A DNA stretch of 64,000 bases. Source: Candidatus Hydrogenedentota bacterium. GTDB taxonomy: Bacteria > Hydrogenedentota > Hydrogenedentia > Hydrogenedentales > JAEUWI01. Location of the stretch: assembly GCA_034669905.1 (NCBI GenBank), contig JAXMOL010000024.1, forward strand, positions 42,884 through 106,883, given 5' to 3'. Under the pieces are notes generated by a model. The model did not search any database. It saw only the letters and a program-made list of their open reading frames with translations, and was not told the origin of the DNA. Position 1 is the stretch's first letter. Every line of letters begins with the position of its first letter. A program made the position numbers and the translations under genes. Below are positions 1 to 10,589 of this stretch, one piece after another.

Positions 1-3000
1 CCAAATCGCTCGTTAGAATTTCTCCCTCGGGCTTGGCAATCGCGGCGCGCACGGCGGCCTCAAGGTTGGCGTCGGAAAAGATCACCGCCACGATGCTGTC
101 ATAAACTTCTATCGCAAAGGATTGACTTGCCTCCAGCGGCGGTGTGCCGGAATCTACCACCGAGACATGCACCGTGTAGGTGCCACTGGCCTCGGGGCCG
201 GGCGTCCAGGTGAACTGACGGGTCGTGCTGTCAAAGGAAGCCCCTTCGGGCAGACTGGTCACCGTGGTGGTCGTGTCATCACCATCCACATCGGACACGT
301 CGACCGCAATCGTAAGGAGCTCGCGCTCTTCGAGAACCTGGTCCGCGATGTGCGCCAACTCGGGCGCATCGTTCACGGGGGCGACCTGGACCGTTACGAC
401 TATTTCGTCGCTCGCCGAAGATTCGTCCATCACCTGAACGGTAAAGCTATCCGTTCCGTGGAAATCCGACATGGGTGTATAATCGATGCTGGCTGAAAAA
501 CCCGCATCATTCACGTTGGCGGAACCGTGGGATGGCGGGCCCGAGATACTCCAGAGCACATTGTCGTCGTCTACATCCGACGCGCTCAAGCTGAGACTGA
601 AGTCCCGTGGCGCACTGTCTTCATCCATCACAATAGTAACGGCGTCACCTTCAGTGATGACTGGAGCGTCGTTAACACGTTCAATAACAACCGTCACGCC
701 GATGCTATCGAAATTACCGTTGCCATCGCCTACCCGAACGGCGAAGGTGTCGTTGCCCCAGGCATTTTCCTCCGGCGTGTAGGTGACGGTCGTCGTATTC
801 CCCGAAGCACCGACACCCGCCGTTCCCAGTGAGGCCGGCGTGCTGATGTCCCACGAAAGGGTATCGCCATTGTTGTCCGACGCTCCCAACGCAAAGGTCA
901 ACACGACATCTTCGTCGCTCCATTGTGTGGTGGTGTCGCCCGCCAAAATCACAGGAGCTTGGCTGGGATCACTGCGATCCGTCGGATTGGTGCCGTTGTG
1001 GAGCTCGTCTCCGTCCTCTATCCCATCGCCATCCGTATCGGCGAGATCGACGCGCGTGCCAATCAGGTCTTCGTAGTCATCGGCCAACCCATCTCCGTCG
1101 GAGTCACCCCCGCAGGTTCCGGTCACACTCTTTAGAATCGCGCCTCGGGATTCGAGTGCGGGGATATCAGTGCAAAGTGCTTGCTGAGACAAGGGGTTAT
1201 TCGCCAGCCAGATGTTGTCGTCACTTCCCAATCCCAGGTTCGAAACAAGAGGCGCCAGGTCCGATATGCGGCATTCCTCCAATTGCAGAAAGGACAAATC
1301 GGTCAGCGGGACCAAAGGCGTGAGATCAACGATTCCGTTACCATTCGCCGAGAGTGACTGAAGACCATTCAAGTTCGAGAGCGGAGAAAGGTCCGTGATC
1401 GCATTGTGGCCAATATCTAACGTTCGCAAGCTATCGACGCCAGCTAGTGGGGAGAGATCGGTCACGTTGTTGTCAGATAGCCGGGCGTAAATCAGCTCGC
1501 TCAGTCCAGACAAGGGAGAGAGATCCGCAATATCGTTGCCCCATGCATTCAGAGAGTAGAGGTTTGGCATGCCCGATACGATCGACAGGTCCGTTACGCC
1601 GATCACGGAGATTTGCAGTGTTCGGAGTCCGGTCAGATCCTTCAAGGGAAGAATGCTTGGCCACCAGTTGGCACCCACAGCGAGGTGCTCAAGCCCTACC
1701 AAGCCGGAAATTGGTGATAGATCGGTAAGCCTGTTCTGTGTGAGTCCCAAATCAGTTAGTGCCGTCATGCCACTCAGGGGACCGATGTCTGATATGCCGT
1801 TAATGGATAATTCAAGCTCTTTCAGCTGGCTCAACGAAGCCAATGGGGAAATGTCTTCAATGGCATTAAAGGACAAGCGCAACTCCCGCAACTGGGTCAA
1901 CGAAGCAATCGGAGTCAGGTCGGCGATGGCATTCCACCTGAAATCAATATTGACCAAATCGGTGCAGTATTGAAGTCCTCCCAGATCGCTGATGCCAGCG
2001 TTTTGCACCTGCAATACCGTGAGCCCGCTTCCTACGAGGTCTTCCTGATACAGTTCACCTGTCGGCTTGCCGATCGTGGCACGCACTTCCGCCTCGATGG
2101 CGGCGTCCGCGAAGACGACCACCAAGCTGGGGATGTCGTCCGGGTCATTCGGGTCCGATCCCGCGTCCACCTCGTCTTTGTCTTCGTACCCGTCCCCGTC
2201 GGTGTCCTTCTTGGTAGGATTCGTGCCGAGTATAAACTCTTCCAGGTCGGACAGCCCATCTTCGTCATAGCCACCGGAGCCGTCACGCGCGAGGGTCTTA
2301 AAATAGAAATCCTCCCACGTGTCGTCCATCCCATCGCCATCCGAATCCACCGCGTCGGCGAAGGCGTGGACTTCGTAGGCCCCCATATCGGGGCCGTCCC
2401 CCAGGGAACGGGCATTGCCGCCAATGTCTTCCGAGAGGGCCGCCCATCGGATGACAACGCCCAGATACAAATAATCAACTTCTGTCGACCAACCTGGCAC
2501 GCCCGTGTCCCGGCAGGGGGAGAGGGCCTTAAGGCCGAAGTAACCCAAACCGGGATCCACAAACATTGGATCCAGCACGATTTGCCCCTGATCCACGTCC
2601 ACGGTGCCGTTTTCGACACAGGAACCCAGCACACTGTAGGGGGTGCCGGTCGTGTCCACGATATTACTATCGCCATTGCCATAGACGACACTGTTGAGCA
2701 TCAGCGGGAACGCCCGATCCAAATAGAGGCCACCGCCTTCCGGCGCTTCGTTTTCCGACACGGTGGTGTGTGTCAGGGAGACCCGGTGTCCATCATGAAA
2801 AATGGCACCACCAGCTTCCTCGGCTCGGTTTCCGGCCAGCAGGCAGTTTATGAATTCTGTAGCCGCGTCGCCCTCGTAGGCGTAAGCTCCCCCCAAGGCA
2901 CTTGCCACGTTGCCCTCAAAAGTAGACTGTTTAAATTTAGTAAGGCTACCCGCATCATACACAGCGCCACCCATAGTCGCCCTATTGCCATTAAAGCGAC

Positions 3001-3688
3001 ATTGCCCCAGAAGGCTCGCCACATTGTCCATGAACAGCCCCCCACCCCCCAGGCCCGCCGTATTGTGTTCGAATCGAACGTCAGAAAGCGTGGTCGAGTT
3101 CTCCCAATAATAGGCGTTACGGATTGGCGAGTCTTTAACGTAGGCACCGCCCCCCGATTGCGAGGCCTCGCAATTCTCAATACGACAATGGGACACGGTC
3201 GGTGCGGCACCATCGAAATAGAGCCCGGCGCCATAATTGGCCGTACCGCGGGTGATCACGAACCCATCCAAGGTAGCGCCCCCTTCGCTCACGCCGATGC
3301 TTGCCACACCACGGCGCGTATTCGCCCCATCGATAATGGTGGGATTTGCCGTCCAGTCACGGGCTTCGCGACTGGATTCATTTCCTGCGAAACCACCGAA
3401 GAGGTGAACACCTTCGGGGAGAATCACCGAAGTATCCCCCAACGGTACGTCTTGCAAATTCACGGGGGTGCCTGCGCTACCGACGTAGGTGCCCTGTGCC
3501 ACCCAGAGGTCCCCACCACCGGCATTCTGCGCCGCCACGATTCCGGCTTGAATGGTTTTAAAAGCAGATGCCCAGGAGGCACCGTCCTGTGTTTCCCCGG
3601 TCGAAGCGCCGTTCACGAACAATACGTTCGCGTGTGCACCCCCTGCGATCAAAAGCATGACCGCCAGCACCCTTCGCACTCCTACCAT
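1..3688 (-). CDS. Large secreted surface protein, partial (3' end outside window): beta-helix/choice-of-anchor-Q-like N-terminal region, internalin-type LRR block, DxDGDG Ca-binding repeats, cadherin-like/Ig repeats, start of a second LRR block
   Basis: Manual translation. ATG at 3688 follows GGAGG and starts a signal peptide (MVGVRRVLAVMLLIAGGAHA), then DGASWASAFKTIQAGI. LRRs of the LSxNxIxDLSPL type at about 1250-2000, VNDAP cadherin-like motifs at about 350-900, and FSDANLEAAVRAAIAKPEGEILTSDL at the edge in the same frame. Missing from the ORF track because no stop lies in the window. Confidence 0.85.
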   Translation of the reverse strand, partial: MVGVRRVLAVMLLIAGGAHANVLFVNGASTGETQDGASWASAFKTIQAGIVAAQNAGGGDLWVAQGTYVGSAGTPVNLQDVPLGDTSVILPEGVHLFGGFAGNESSREARDWTANPTIIDGANTRRGVASIGVSEGGATLDGFVITRGTANYGAGLYFDGAAPTVSHCRIENCEASQSGGGAYVKDSPIRNAYYWENSTTLSDVRFEHNTAGLGGGGLFMDNVASLLGQCRFNGNRATMGGAVYDAGSLTKFKQSTFEGNVASALGGAYAYEGDAATEFINCLLAGNRAEEAGGAIFHDGHRVSLTHTTVSENEAPEGGGLYLDRAFPLMLNSVVYGNGDSNIVDTTGTPYSVLGSCVENGTVDVDQGQIVLDPMFVDPGLGYFGLKALSPCRDTGVPGWSTEVDYLYLGVVIRWAALSEDIGGNARSLGDGPDMGAYEVHAFADAVDSDGDGMDDTWEDFYFKTLARDGSGGYDEDGLSDLEEFILGTNPTKKDTDGDGYEDKDEVDAGSDPNDPDDIPSLVVVFADAAIEAEVRATIGKPTGELYQEDLVGSGLTVLQVQNAGISDLGGLQYCTDLVNIDFRWNAIADLTPIASLTQLRELRLSFNAIEDISPLASLSQLKELELSINGISDIGPLSGMTALTDLGLTQNRLTDLSPISGLVGLEHLAVGANWWPSILPLKDLTGLRTLQISVIGVTDLSIVSGMPNLYSLNAWGNDIADLSPLSGLSELIYARLSDNNVTDLSPLAGVDSLRTLDIGHNAITDLSPLSNLNGLQSLSANGNGIVDLTPLVPLTDLSFLQLEECRISDLAPLVSNLGLGSDDNIWLANNPLSQQALCTDIPALESRGAILKSVTGTCGGDSDGDGLADDYEDLIGTRVDLADTDGDGIEDGDELHNGTNPTDRSDPSQAPVILAGDTTTQWSDEDVVLTFALGASDNNGDTLSWDISTPASLGTAGVGASGNTTTVTYTPEENAWGNDTFAVRVGDGNGNFDSIGVTVVIERVNDAPVITEGDAVTIVMDEDSAPRDFSLSLSASDVDDDNVLWSISGPPSHGSANVNDAGFSASIDYTPMSDFHGTDSFTVQVMDESSASDEIVVTVQVAPVNDAPELAHIADQVLEERELLTIAVDVSDVDGDDTTTTVTSLPEGASFDSTTRQFTWTPGPEASGTYTVHVSVVDSGTPPLEASQSFAIEVYDSIVAVIFSDANLEAAVRAAIAKPEGEILTSDL

Positions 3689-4074
3689 GATACCCCCTCC
3701 CGGAGACTGCCGTAATTCAGTTTTCCCAAGAAACTTTACCGTGTGATTGTAGCAATATGTGACGCGGAAGACCAGCAAAAACATCAAACTGTAAACTATT
3801 GACAGTAGAACAGTTACAACGCTTGCCAAACCCCGGGCCAATGGGCTATATTCGTTGCGTACTTGGGCACAGAGCAAGGCGCTCTATCAACCGGGGGAGC
3901 CACTGCTGTGGACACGCAAAGAGCAAGCGACCATATGGGACGGTCTGGCATACCGTCTCATCACGGCGTGGTCCAAACGCAGGGATCACGATGGGCGTTT
4001 CAATATGTCGTAATCCCCCGCAAGAGGGCCATACAGGCCACCACCCACTACCGTTCCGAGGGAGTTTAACCATC

Positions 4075-6792
4075 ATGAACCGATTGAAACGCGTATTGGG
4101 TCCCTGGGGAATTTGTCTCGCGGTATTGCTTGTCGCCGGAAGCGCTCTGGGCCTCGCGCGCTCCATCTGGGAATTTAACCCCTTCGCCCTGCGGAACGGA
4201 GCCACCCAGGCCTCCTGCCAGAACAACCTGAAGCAGGCCGGCCTGGCGATTCATATGTACTTCAACGAGTCACGGGGGGGCGACTATCCGCTTTTGAGTG
4301 ATGAAGCCAACAACATTTTTTTCCATTGGCAGGAACTCTACCCCCAGTTTATCAACGACCGCGATGTGTTCGTATGTCCGGGTCCGGCAGGCGATGCCCC
4401 CGCCAACACGTTTACCGATAAGTACTATGTCTATACAGGCTATTTCCTCCGCAATCAGGAGGACTTGGATGCCTTTGCAAGCGCCTATACGGCAGAGGTT
4501 GCAGGCGATGCCGATTTCACAGAAAACCTGCCCGGCCCCTCGAGCTACGGTGAGGAAGTCTACCGCCTTAAGGATGGTATCGAGCGTTTTTTCATTACCG
4601 ATATTAACGATCCCAGCGGATATTACAAAATCCGCTCCGAGACGCCCGTAATGTGGGAGTGGCCCGACAACCACGACGCCGGTCATGGTGCCAATGTTCT
4701 GTATCTGGACGGCCACGTGGAATGGGTAAACTACGGAGAGAAGTTTCCGGTAACCGAAGAAGCAACGGCCACCCTTGCGGCACTGGCCCTCTACACGCCG
4801 CCGACGGATTGGGGAGAAAACGGTGAATACGTTTCGGACTATGCAACCATCAGCCCTTTCCCCAGCAAGTGCATCAACAACATGAAGCAGATTGGCCTGG
4901 TAAATGCCATGTTCTCCAACGAGTCGGCAGGCGAAGCATTCCCGCCACTCAGCAGCGAAGGCGGCCGGCTTATGTGTGACGCAGAATCGGTCCACCCCGA
5001 GTACATCAATGATCCGATCGTGTATAACTGTCCGGGACGTGTCGCGTCTGAACCCACCGCGCATTTTGACGACAAGGACTACGTCTACCTGGGCTATCTC
5101 ATGATGACGGACGGCGACGTCCAGCAATTCGCCACTGCGTACAACCAGACCATCGGCGCAGGCGGCGATTTCACCGGTGATTTAACTATCAGCACCAGCT
5201 ATGGCCCGACCATGTATCGCATACGCGATGGGGTTGAGGAATTCGTCGAAATAGAAATCACCGAGCCGACGCAAGATCAGATAACGACCAGTGACATCCC
5301 TGTACTGCTGGAGTGGCCGGAGAATCACGAGGGGAATAGCGGTGGTCATGTCCTCTTCATGAGTGGTCGCGTCGAGTGGATGCCCTATCCCGGTGAATTC
5401 CCCATGACCGAAACGACCATCACCACCCTGCGGGCCTTGGCGCAGAACACGCCCGCTACGACTTGGGCCGTGGAGCCTCCCCGTCCGGAACCCTACCTCT
5501 ACATTGGGGAATGCAACAATATCTTGCGTCAATGGGGCCTTGTCGACCGCATGTATTCCAACGAATCCCAGGGACAGTTTTGGCCGCCCCTCTCCCTCAC
5601 CCCCGGAGAACTGGCTCCCAGAGATGCTGAAGTCTATCCCGAATATGTAGCGGATCGATACTTGGGAGCCTGTCCAGGAGCCGAAGACGAAGGGGAGGTG
5701 GAACATTTCGATGACCGCCATTACGTATATCTCGGCTACGCCATGTTGAACGACAGTGACATGCAGCAATTCGCCACCGCCTATAGCGCCGAAATCGCAG
5801 CGGGCGGGGATTTTTCTGAGGACCTTGTCATTTCGAGCAGCTACGGCGATTCGCTGCTCCGCCTGAAAGAAAACGTCGAAAGTTCCATCGTCATAGACAA
5901 TGGCAACCCCATTTACCTGACAGCGGCCCGTCGGGACATCCCCGTCATGATTGAATGGCCCGGCAATCACGAAGGCCAGACCGGCGGCAATGTGCTCTAC
6001 CTCGATGGCCATGTGGAGTGGCACGACTATCCGGGCGAATTCCCCATGACCGAGGCGACCATCACTGCATTGGATAGTATTGCCGACTGGACACCAACAA
6101 CGGCCTGGACCGTGCCGCGTTTCCCCGGACCCCATGATGAATATGACCACGCGCTGTGCGCAGGCAACGAAAAGCAATTCGGTTATTCGTTCAAGATTTA
6201 CGCCAACGGCGCAGAGGGAGAATTCTATCCACCGCTCTCGACCACGGCTGGAAACCTGATGACAGAGGATGCCCGATTCCTGCGCTATTATCTGCGCGAC
6301 ACACGCCGTATGAATTGCCCTGGCTCGCCGAATGCCTATCGCCAACCCACGGTCGCCGACCACAGTTACGCCTATTTGGGCTACCTCGTTTACAATCAGG
6401 AGACGCTGGAGCAGTTTGCGACTGCCTACCAGCAACAAGCGGCCGGGGGCGGTGACTTTACGGAAGATCTCGTGCTGGGCGAAGAGACCATTCCCCGACT
6501 CCGGGAAGGTATCGAGCGTTTTCTAATCACCGACATTCACGACCCGGGGCTCTCCTTCCCCTCCCAACGTAACATTCCGGTGCTCGTGGAATGGCCAGAC
6601 AACCACGGCCAGATACGCGGTGGTAACGTGCTCTATATGGACGGGCGTGTGGAATGGCTCGATTACCCCAGCACCTTCCCCATGACCGAGGAAGCGATGG
6701 ATATCCTGACTGCGCTCGCGGGAAGAGGCCCTATCCGGCCTGCAGCCCCGCCCCGGGAAAGCACGCGCCTGGAAGCCCTCTCCGGCGGCTGA
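4075..6792 (+). CDS. Exported protein with four tandem DUF1559/H-X9-DG-like (pilin-associated) domains
   Basis: Four repeats of about 220 aa, each starting CxNNxKQxGL...xNES and ending EWPxNH...GGNVLYxDGxVEW. ATG at 4075 after GAGGGAG, followed by a hydrophobic signal peptide. Confidence 0.85.
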   Translation: MNRLKRVLGPWGICLAVLLVAGSALGLARSIWEFNPFALRNGATQASCQNNLKQAGLAIHMYFNESRGGDYPLLSDEANNIFFHWQELYPQFINDRDVFVCPGPAGDAPANTFTDKYYVYTGYFLRNQEDLDAFASAYTAEVAGDADFTENLPGPSSYGEEVYRLKDGIERFFITDINDPSGYYKIRSETPVMWEWPDNHDAGHGANVLYLDGHVEWVNYGEKFPVTEEATATLAALALYTPPTDWGENGEYVSDYATISPFPSKCINNMKQIGLVNAMFSNESAGEAFPPLSSEGGRLMCDAESVHPEYINDPIVYNCPGRVASEPTAHFDDKDYVYLGYLMMTDGDVQQFATAYNQTIGAGGDFTGDLTISTSYGPTMYRIRDGVEEFVEIEITEPTQDQITTSDIPVLLEWPENHEGNSGGHVLFMSGRVEWMPYPGEFPMTETTITTLRALAQNTPATTWAVEPPRPEPYLYIGECNNILRQWGLVDRMYSNESQGQFWPPLSLTPGELAPRDAEVYPEYVADRYLGACPGAEDEGEVEHFDDRHYVYLGYAMLNDSDMQQFATAYSAEIAAGGDFSEDLVISSSYGDSLLRLKENVESSIVIDNGNPIYLTAARRDIPVMIEWPGNHEGQTGGNVLYLDGHVEWHDYPGEFPMTEATITALDSIADWTPTTAWTVPRFPGPHDEYDHALCAGNEKQFGYSFKIYANGAEGEFYPPLSTTAGNLMTEDARFLRYYLRDTRRMNCPGSPNAYRQPTVADHSYAYLGYLVYNQETLEQFATAYQQQAAGGGDFTEDLVLGEETIPRLREGIERFLITDIHDPGLSFPSQRNIPVLVEWPDNHGQIRGGNVLYMDGRVEWLDYPSTFPMTEEAMDILTALAGRGPIRPAAPPRESTRLEALSGG

Positions 6793-6854
6793 GTCCGCCT
6801 GACCAGGCCCGTAGCGGGCCAGCGTCCGCCGTGTTTTGATTCGGGAGTGAGCCC

Positions 6855-7733
6855 TTGTTAGAACTACCCTACGCCCTGTCCGCCTTGTGCGCCCTCACGG
6901 CCGCATTCCTGGGCTGGCGCTATGGCCACACCCTCTACCAGCGGGGCGTGCGGCTCACCGGGCAGATTCGTGTCCGGGATTGTCCCCTTATCCCGGTCGT
7001 ATTGGGCCTCTTTCTGGTCGCCCACATCCTGACGTCCACCGTCACGGGAAACCCCGTCGTCGGATGGGCCCTTCCCCTCTGGCTGGAATACTACCTCACC
7101 GTCCTCTTGTGGGCCATGAAGGTGGCCTTCGCCGCTTTTCCACTCGGCGCTATCGGCACGGTCAGCTATCTCGAAAAACATCGCTTTCGCTATCCCCTGT
7201 TGCTGTTCTGCGGGGTCGTCGTCCTCAGCATCGATACCCTGATCCGGCTCTCTGTGCAGCCCTATCTGGAAGACATTACCCATCGGACCAAGAACGGGGT
7301 CATCCTCCAGTCCACGCCCTCCACCTGTGCCGCCGCGTCGGCGGCCAATATAGCCCGCCACTTCGGCATCGATGTGGATGAAGCCCACATGGTCAAGCTC
7401 CTCGGCACCACGTGGGCCGGCACCAGCCCCGCACAACTGGTCTATGGCTTCGAAGCATTGGGCCTGACGGCGACCAAGGCCTATTCCCAATCGCGGGATA
7501 TCCGCGAGATCCAGCCTCCCGCCATCCTCTTCGTCCCGGTGGGCGAGGAACCCGATGCCCATGCTGTCGCCTACATGGGGCCACGGCCGGGAGGCTTTGC
7601 CATCTGGGACCCCAGCAGTGGACCCCAGCTGAAATCCAGGGAACAAATCCAGAGCCATTGGGGTGGGCGGGCCATCGAAGTGCAGACCGATTCATCGGGC
7701 CGTGTTGAGCAGGATCCACGTCGGGTGATATGA
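6855..7733 (+). CDS. Membrane-anchored C39-family cysteine peptidase
   Basis: About four N-terminal TM segments, then QSTPSTCAAAS (Q...C), DAHAVAY (H) and IWDPS (D). No ABC transporter domain. Confidence 0.75.
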   Translation: MLELPYALSALCALTAAFLGWRYGHTLYQRGVRLTGQIRVRDCPLIPVVLGLFLVAHILTSTVTGNPVVGWALPLWLEYYLTVLLWAMKVAFAAFPLGAIGTVSYLEKHRFRYPLLLFCGVVVLSIDTLIRLSVQPYLEDITHRTKNGVILQSTPSTCAAASAANIARHFGIDVDEAHMVKLLGTTWAGTSPAQLVYGFEALGLTATKAYSQSRDIREIQPPAILFVPVGEEPDAHAVAYMGPRPGGFAIWDPSSGPQLKSREQIQSHWGGRAIEVQTDSSGRVEQDPRRVI

Positions 7734-7877
7734 TCCCCTCTTGCGTGCGCTTCGGGTTGAGCAATCCGTGGGAACAACCGTTATAAAAGGCGGTCTGCGC
7801 GCACGACGGGCCCTGTGGGAGCGTTCCGATAATCGGGCCCTCGCCCCATCCCCAGTATTTGGACAAGGAATCATCGT

Positions 7878-9128
7878 TTGAAAACCCTCACCGTCAAAGT
7901 CCGCGAAGACCATCTCGAGACGATTGCCAAGACGAAACCCATGACGGCAATCGCCGAGCTCATCTGGAATGCGCTGGACGCCGAAGCCACGGAAGTGAAA
8001 GTGGTCTTCGACCAGAACGAGCTGGATGGTCTGGAGGGAATTCATATCATCGACAACGGCACCGGACTACACTACGACGATGGCCTCATGGTCTTTGAGA
8101 GTCTGGGCGGCTCCTGGAAGCGTCCCAACGGTCGTACCCACGCACTCCGACGGGAACTCCACGGAAAATACGGTAAGGGCCGCTTTCGGGCCTTCACCCT
8201 GGGCTCCCATGCCAGTTGGAACACGGTCTACGAAGAAGCCGGGGACCGCTACGCCTTTTCCATTTCCGGGACGGCAAGCACCCTGGGCCAGTTTTCTATC
8301 ACCAATGCCAAAGGCGCGCAAGGCGCCCCCACGGGCATGACCGTTTCCATCCTCAACCCGCCACTGAATTGCGGGGTGCTGCTCGGCGTCAAGGCACTGC
8401 AGGAAATCACCGATATCTTCGCCCTCTATCTCCGCCAATACCCCGGCGTGCGGCTAATCTACAACGATACGGTCATCGATCCCGCCAATGCGGAACAGGG
8501 CTTCAGTCGCTATCCCCTGGAAGAAATGGTGATGGAGAATGGCGAACGTGTCACGGCAGAATTGGAGGTTGTCGAATGGAACCTCCCCGGCAAGCGGGGC
8601 GTCTATCTCTGTGACGAGCACGGGTTCATGCGCCACAACGCCCTGCCGCGCCTTCATTTTCGCGGATTCAGCTACACGGCCTACCTGAAGTCTTCCCATA
8701 TTACGGTGCTTGACCGGGAAGGGCTCCTCCAGGCGGGCGAGCTCTGCTCCGATGTACGCCAACTTCTGGATCGGGTACGGGCCAAATTGCGGGAACATTT
8801 CACACTGCAGGAAGCCAAGCGCGCGCTGGACACGCTGGAGCAATGGCAGGCGGACGAAATATATCCCTACCACGGCAGCAGCCGGGATGACGCGGAGTCG
8901 AACGAGCGACGCATCTTCGACATTTACGCGACCCACCTCCACCAGATTTTCCCGGAGTTCTCGAGCGCCAGCCTGCGCAGTAAGCGGCTGACCCTGTCGC
9001 TGCTAAAGGAACTCGTGGCCTCCGAGCCCACACGGGTAGCCCGTGTCTTAGACCAGGTGGTCGAATTCCCGGAAGAGAAGGAAGAGGCCGTCCTGGAACT
9101 CATGCACGGACAGGCCGGTCCCCACTAA
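7878..9128 (+). CDS. GHKL (HATPase_c_3/MORC-like) ATP-binding protein
   Basis: AIAELIWNALDA, IIDNGTG and GKYGKGRF motifs. Confidence 0.8.
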   Translation: MKTLTVKVREDHLETIAKTKPMTAIAELIWNALDAEATEVKVVFDQNELDGLEGIHIIDNGTGLHYDDGLMVFESLGGSWKRPNGRTHALRRELHGKYGKGRFRAFTLGSHASWNTVYEEAGDRYAFSISGTASTLGQFSITNAKGAQGAPTGMTVSILNPPLNCGVLLGVKALQEITDIFALYLRQYPGVRLIYNDTVIDPANAEQGFSRYPLEEMVMENGERVTAELEVVEWNLPGKRGVYLCDEHGFMRHNALPRLHFRGFSYTAYLKSSHITVLDREGLLQAGELCSDVRQLLDRVRAKLREHFTLQEAKRALDTLEQWQADEIYPYHGSSRDDAESNERRIFDIYATHLHQIFPEFSSASLRSKRLTLSLLKELVASEPTRVARVLDQVVEFPEEKEEAVLELMHGQAGPH

Positions 9129-9153
9129 ATTGCCCGCGCAATTTGCGCCGCCT

Positions 9154-10401
9154 TCAGGACGGTGAAAAGGTGAGCACGGGGTCGGCGTTGGGCGTATGGG
9201 TAAGGGGTTCCAACGCAGCCTGGAGACACTCCGGCACCCCAAGGACAGACTGGCGGGCCCAGATTTCCGAGGCCTGCGGGTGGGCGCCCACCTGGGCCTT
9301 GGCTTTCAACGCCGTGCGGCCAAAGTCGATGCGTCGACACCCCATATTCAGGGCGTCCTCTATCACGGCATGGAGCAACGCAGGTAATACGGGCAGGCCA
9401 ACACACCGCTCCCGATCCCAACCGAGACAGAAACACACTGCCGTATCCCGATCACGCACGGTGAATACGAAGGCATCCAACTGTCCGTCTGAGAACAAGC
9501 CGCTGCATCGGAACCCCCCATCGCCCAATTCGGCACCCAAGGCAGGCAGGAATGCTTCCGGAAGGGGGGCAAATGCCCGCCGGTTCTTCTGTTGAATGGC
9601 CTGGTAGAGGGTGTGCATCCGATTGGCGTGCGGGGCAATTTCGCGTATCCGCTGGACTTGAATCTGGGCACGGCTCAAGTCCCGCGCCACACGATAGGCC
9701 CCCATCCGATGACGCACGTTCAGGTTTTCCAGGTAATCTTTATACGTTTTCCAACGGTCCGGCATGGAAAGCACCATCGTGGCGTTGGCGTCTACCCGCT
9801 GATAGTGACAGGAACGGAGTGCGCGGGTATCGAAGGCCAGGGTCGACTGCACATCTTTGATGAGCACACTATCGAAATCAGCGACCATGCCTTCCTGATG
9901 AAATACCCGCTCCAGAAATCCAGTGATGGCCGGCCACAGCAGCCCCATGTCCGCATCGGGATGAACGGCGGCCCCGTGGAATCCGCCGGCGAAAAAGTCG
10001 CCACACAGCAGGATTCGCTGACGCTTACGGGACGTGGTGGGGACTCGGTAGAGCCACTCGGGGTCCGATGCAGGACCCGTGGCACCCGCCGACGACACCT
10101 CACCCGGGACTTCGGAGGGTACGCCCAGTAAATGGGCCACCACGGCCGCGATTACTTCTTTGCCGGAGTAGACCAGTCCATAGCGGGTTGACAGTGCCCG
10201 AGGGCCCTGTTCTTGTAAAATCCGCTGGTATGCGGGAGAGAGAAAAAGTGACTGGCCGGCCGTCAGGGCCTCCCAATCCTTTTCATTCAAGAATTCCAGC
10301 CGGTCGGCCACGGCGTAGGAATACGTTGCCCCACCCCTTCGAATCCCCTTTGCCAGCTTGCGAGACACCCCATTCCGTAGACTTCGTTGTCGGGTACGCA
10401 C
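9154..10401 (-). CDS. GNAT/FemAB-like acyltransferase
   Basis: WKTYKDYLENL...R and IDFGRTALKAKAQVGA motifs of the Acetyltransf_6/FemAB-like families. Confidence 0.65.
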   Translation of the reverse strand: MRTRQRSLRNGVSRKLAKGIRRGGATYSYAVADRLEFLNEKDWEALTAGQSLFLSPAYQRILQEQGPRALSTRYGLVYSGKEVIAAVVAHLLGVPSEVPGEVSSAGATGPASDPEWLYRVPTTSRKRQRILLCGDFFAGGFHGAAVHPDADMGLLWPAITGFLERVFHQEGMVADFDSVLIKDVQSTLAFDTRALRSCHYQRVDANATMVLSMPDRWKTYKDYLENLNVRHRMGAYRVARDLSRAQIQVQRIREIAPHANRMHTLYQAIQQKNRRAFAPLPEAFLPALGAELGDGGFRCSGLFSDGQLDAFVFTVRDRDTAVCFCLGWDRERCVGLPVLPALLHAVIEDALNMGCRRIDFGRTALKAKAQVGAHPQASEIWARQSVLGVPECLQAALEPLTHTPNADPVLTFSPS

Positions 10402-10589
10402 TAACTCTGCCCTTTCCCATCGTCGTCACCCCGTTCGCGTGGGAGCTATCCCGTCCACGAACGTCACCGGATCGCCATGTGTTCCCAAGTGACACGCCGA
10501 CCCAACCGATTTATGGGTAACAATCTTCCTCTCACCAACCTGCGCTGCCGTTTCATCATAGCCTAAGTGCCCCCACTTTGCAATGGTTT

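Noticed and set aside
1970..3715. 581-aa plus-strand ORF and other long antisense ORFs (35427-37886, 42598-44547, most of 12650-14533)
   Set aside because: They are shadows of well-supported genes on the opposite strand in GC-rich DNA and have no motifs of their own.
6790..6860. Readthrough of the TGA after LSGG to give a cleavable core peptide
   Set aside because: The downstream in-frame peptide is short and unremarkable, and no SECIS-like structure is evident.
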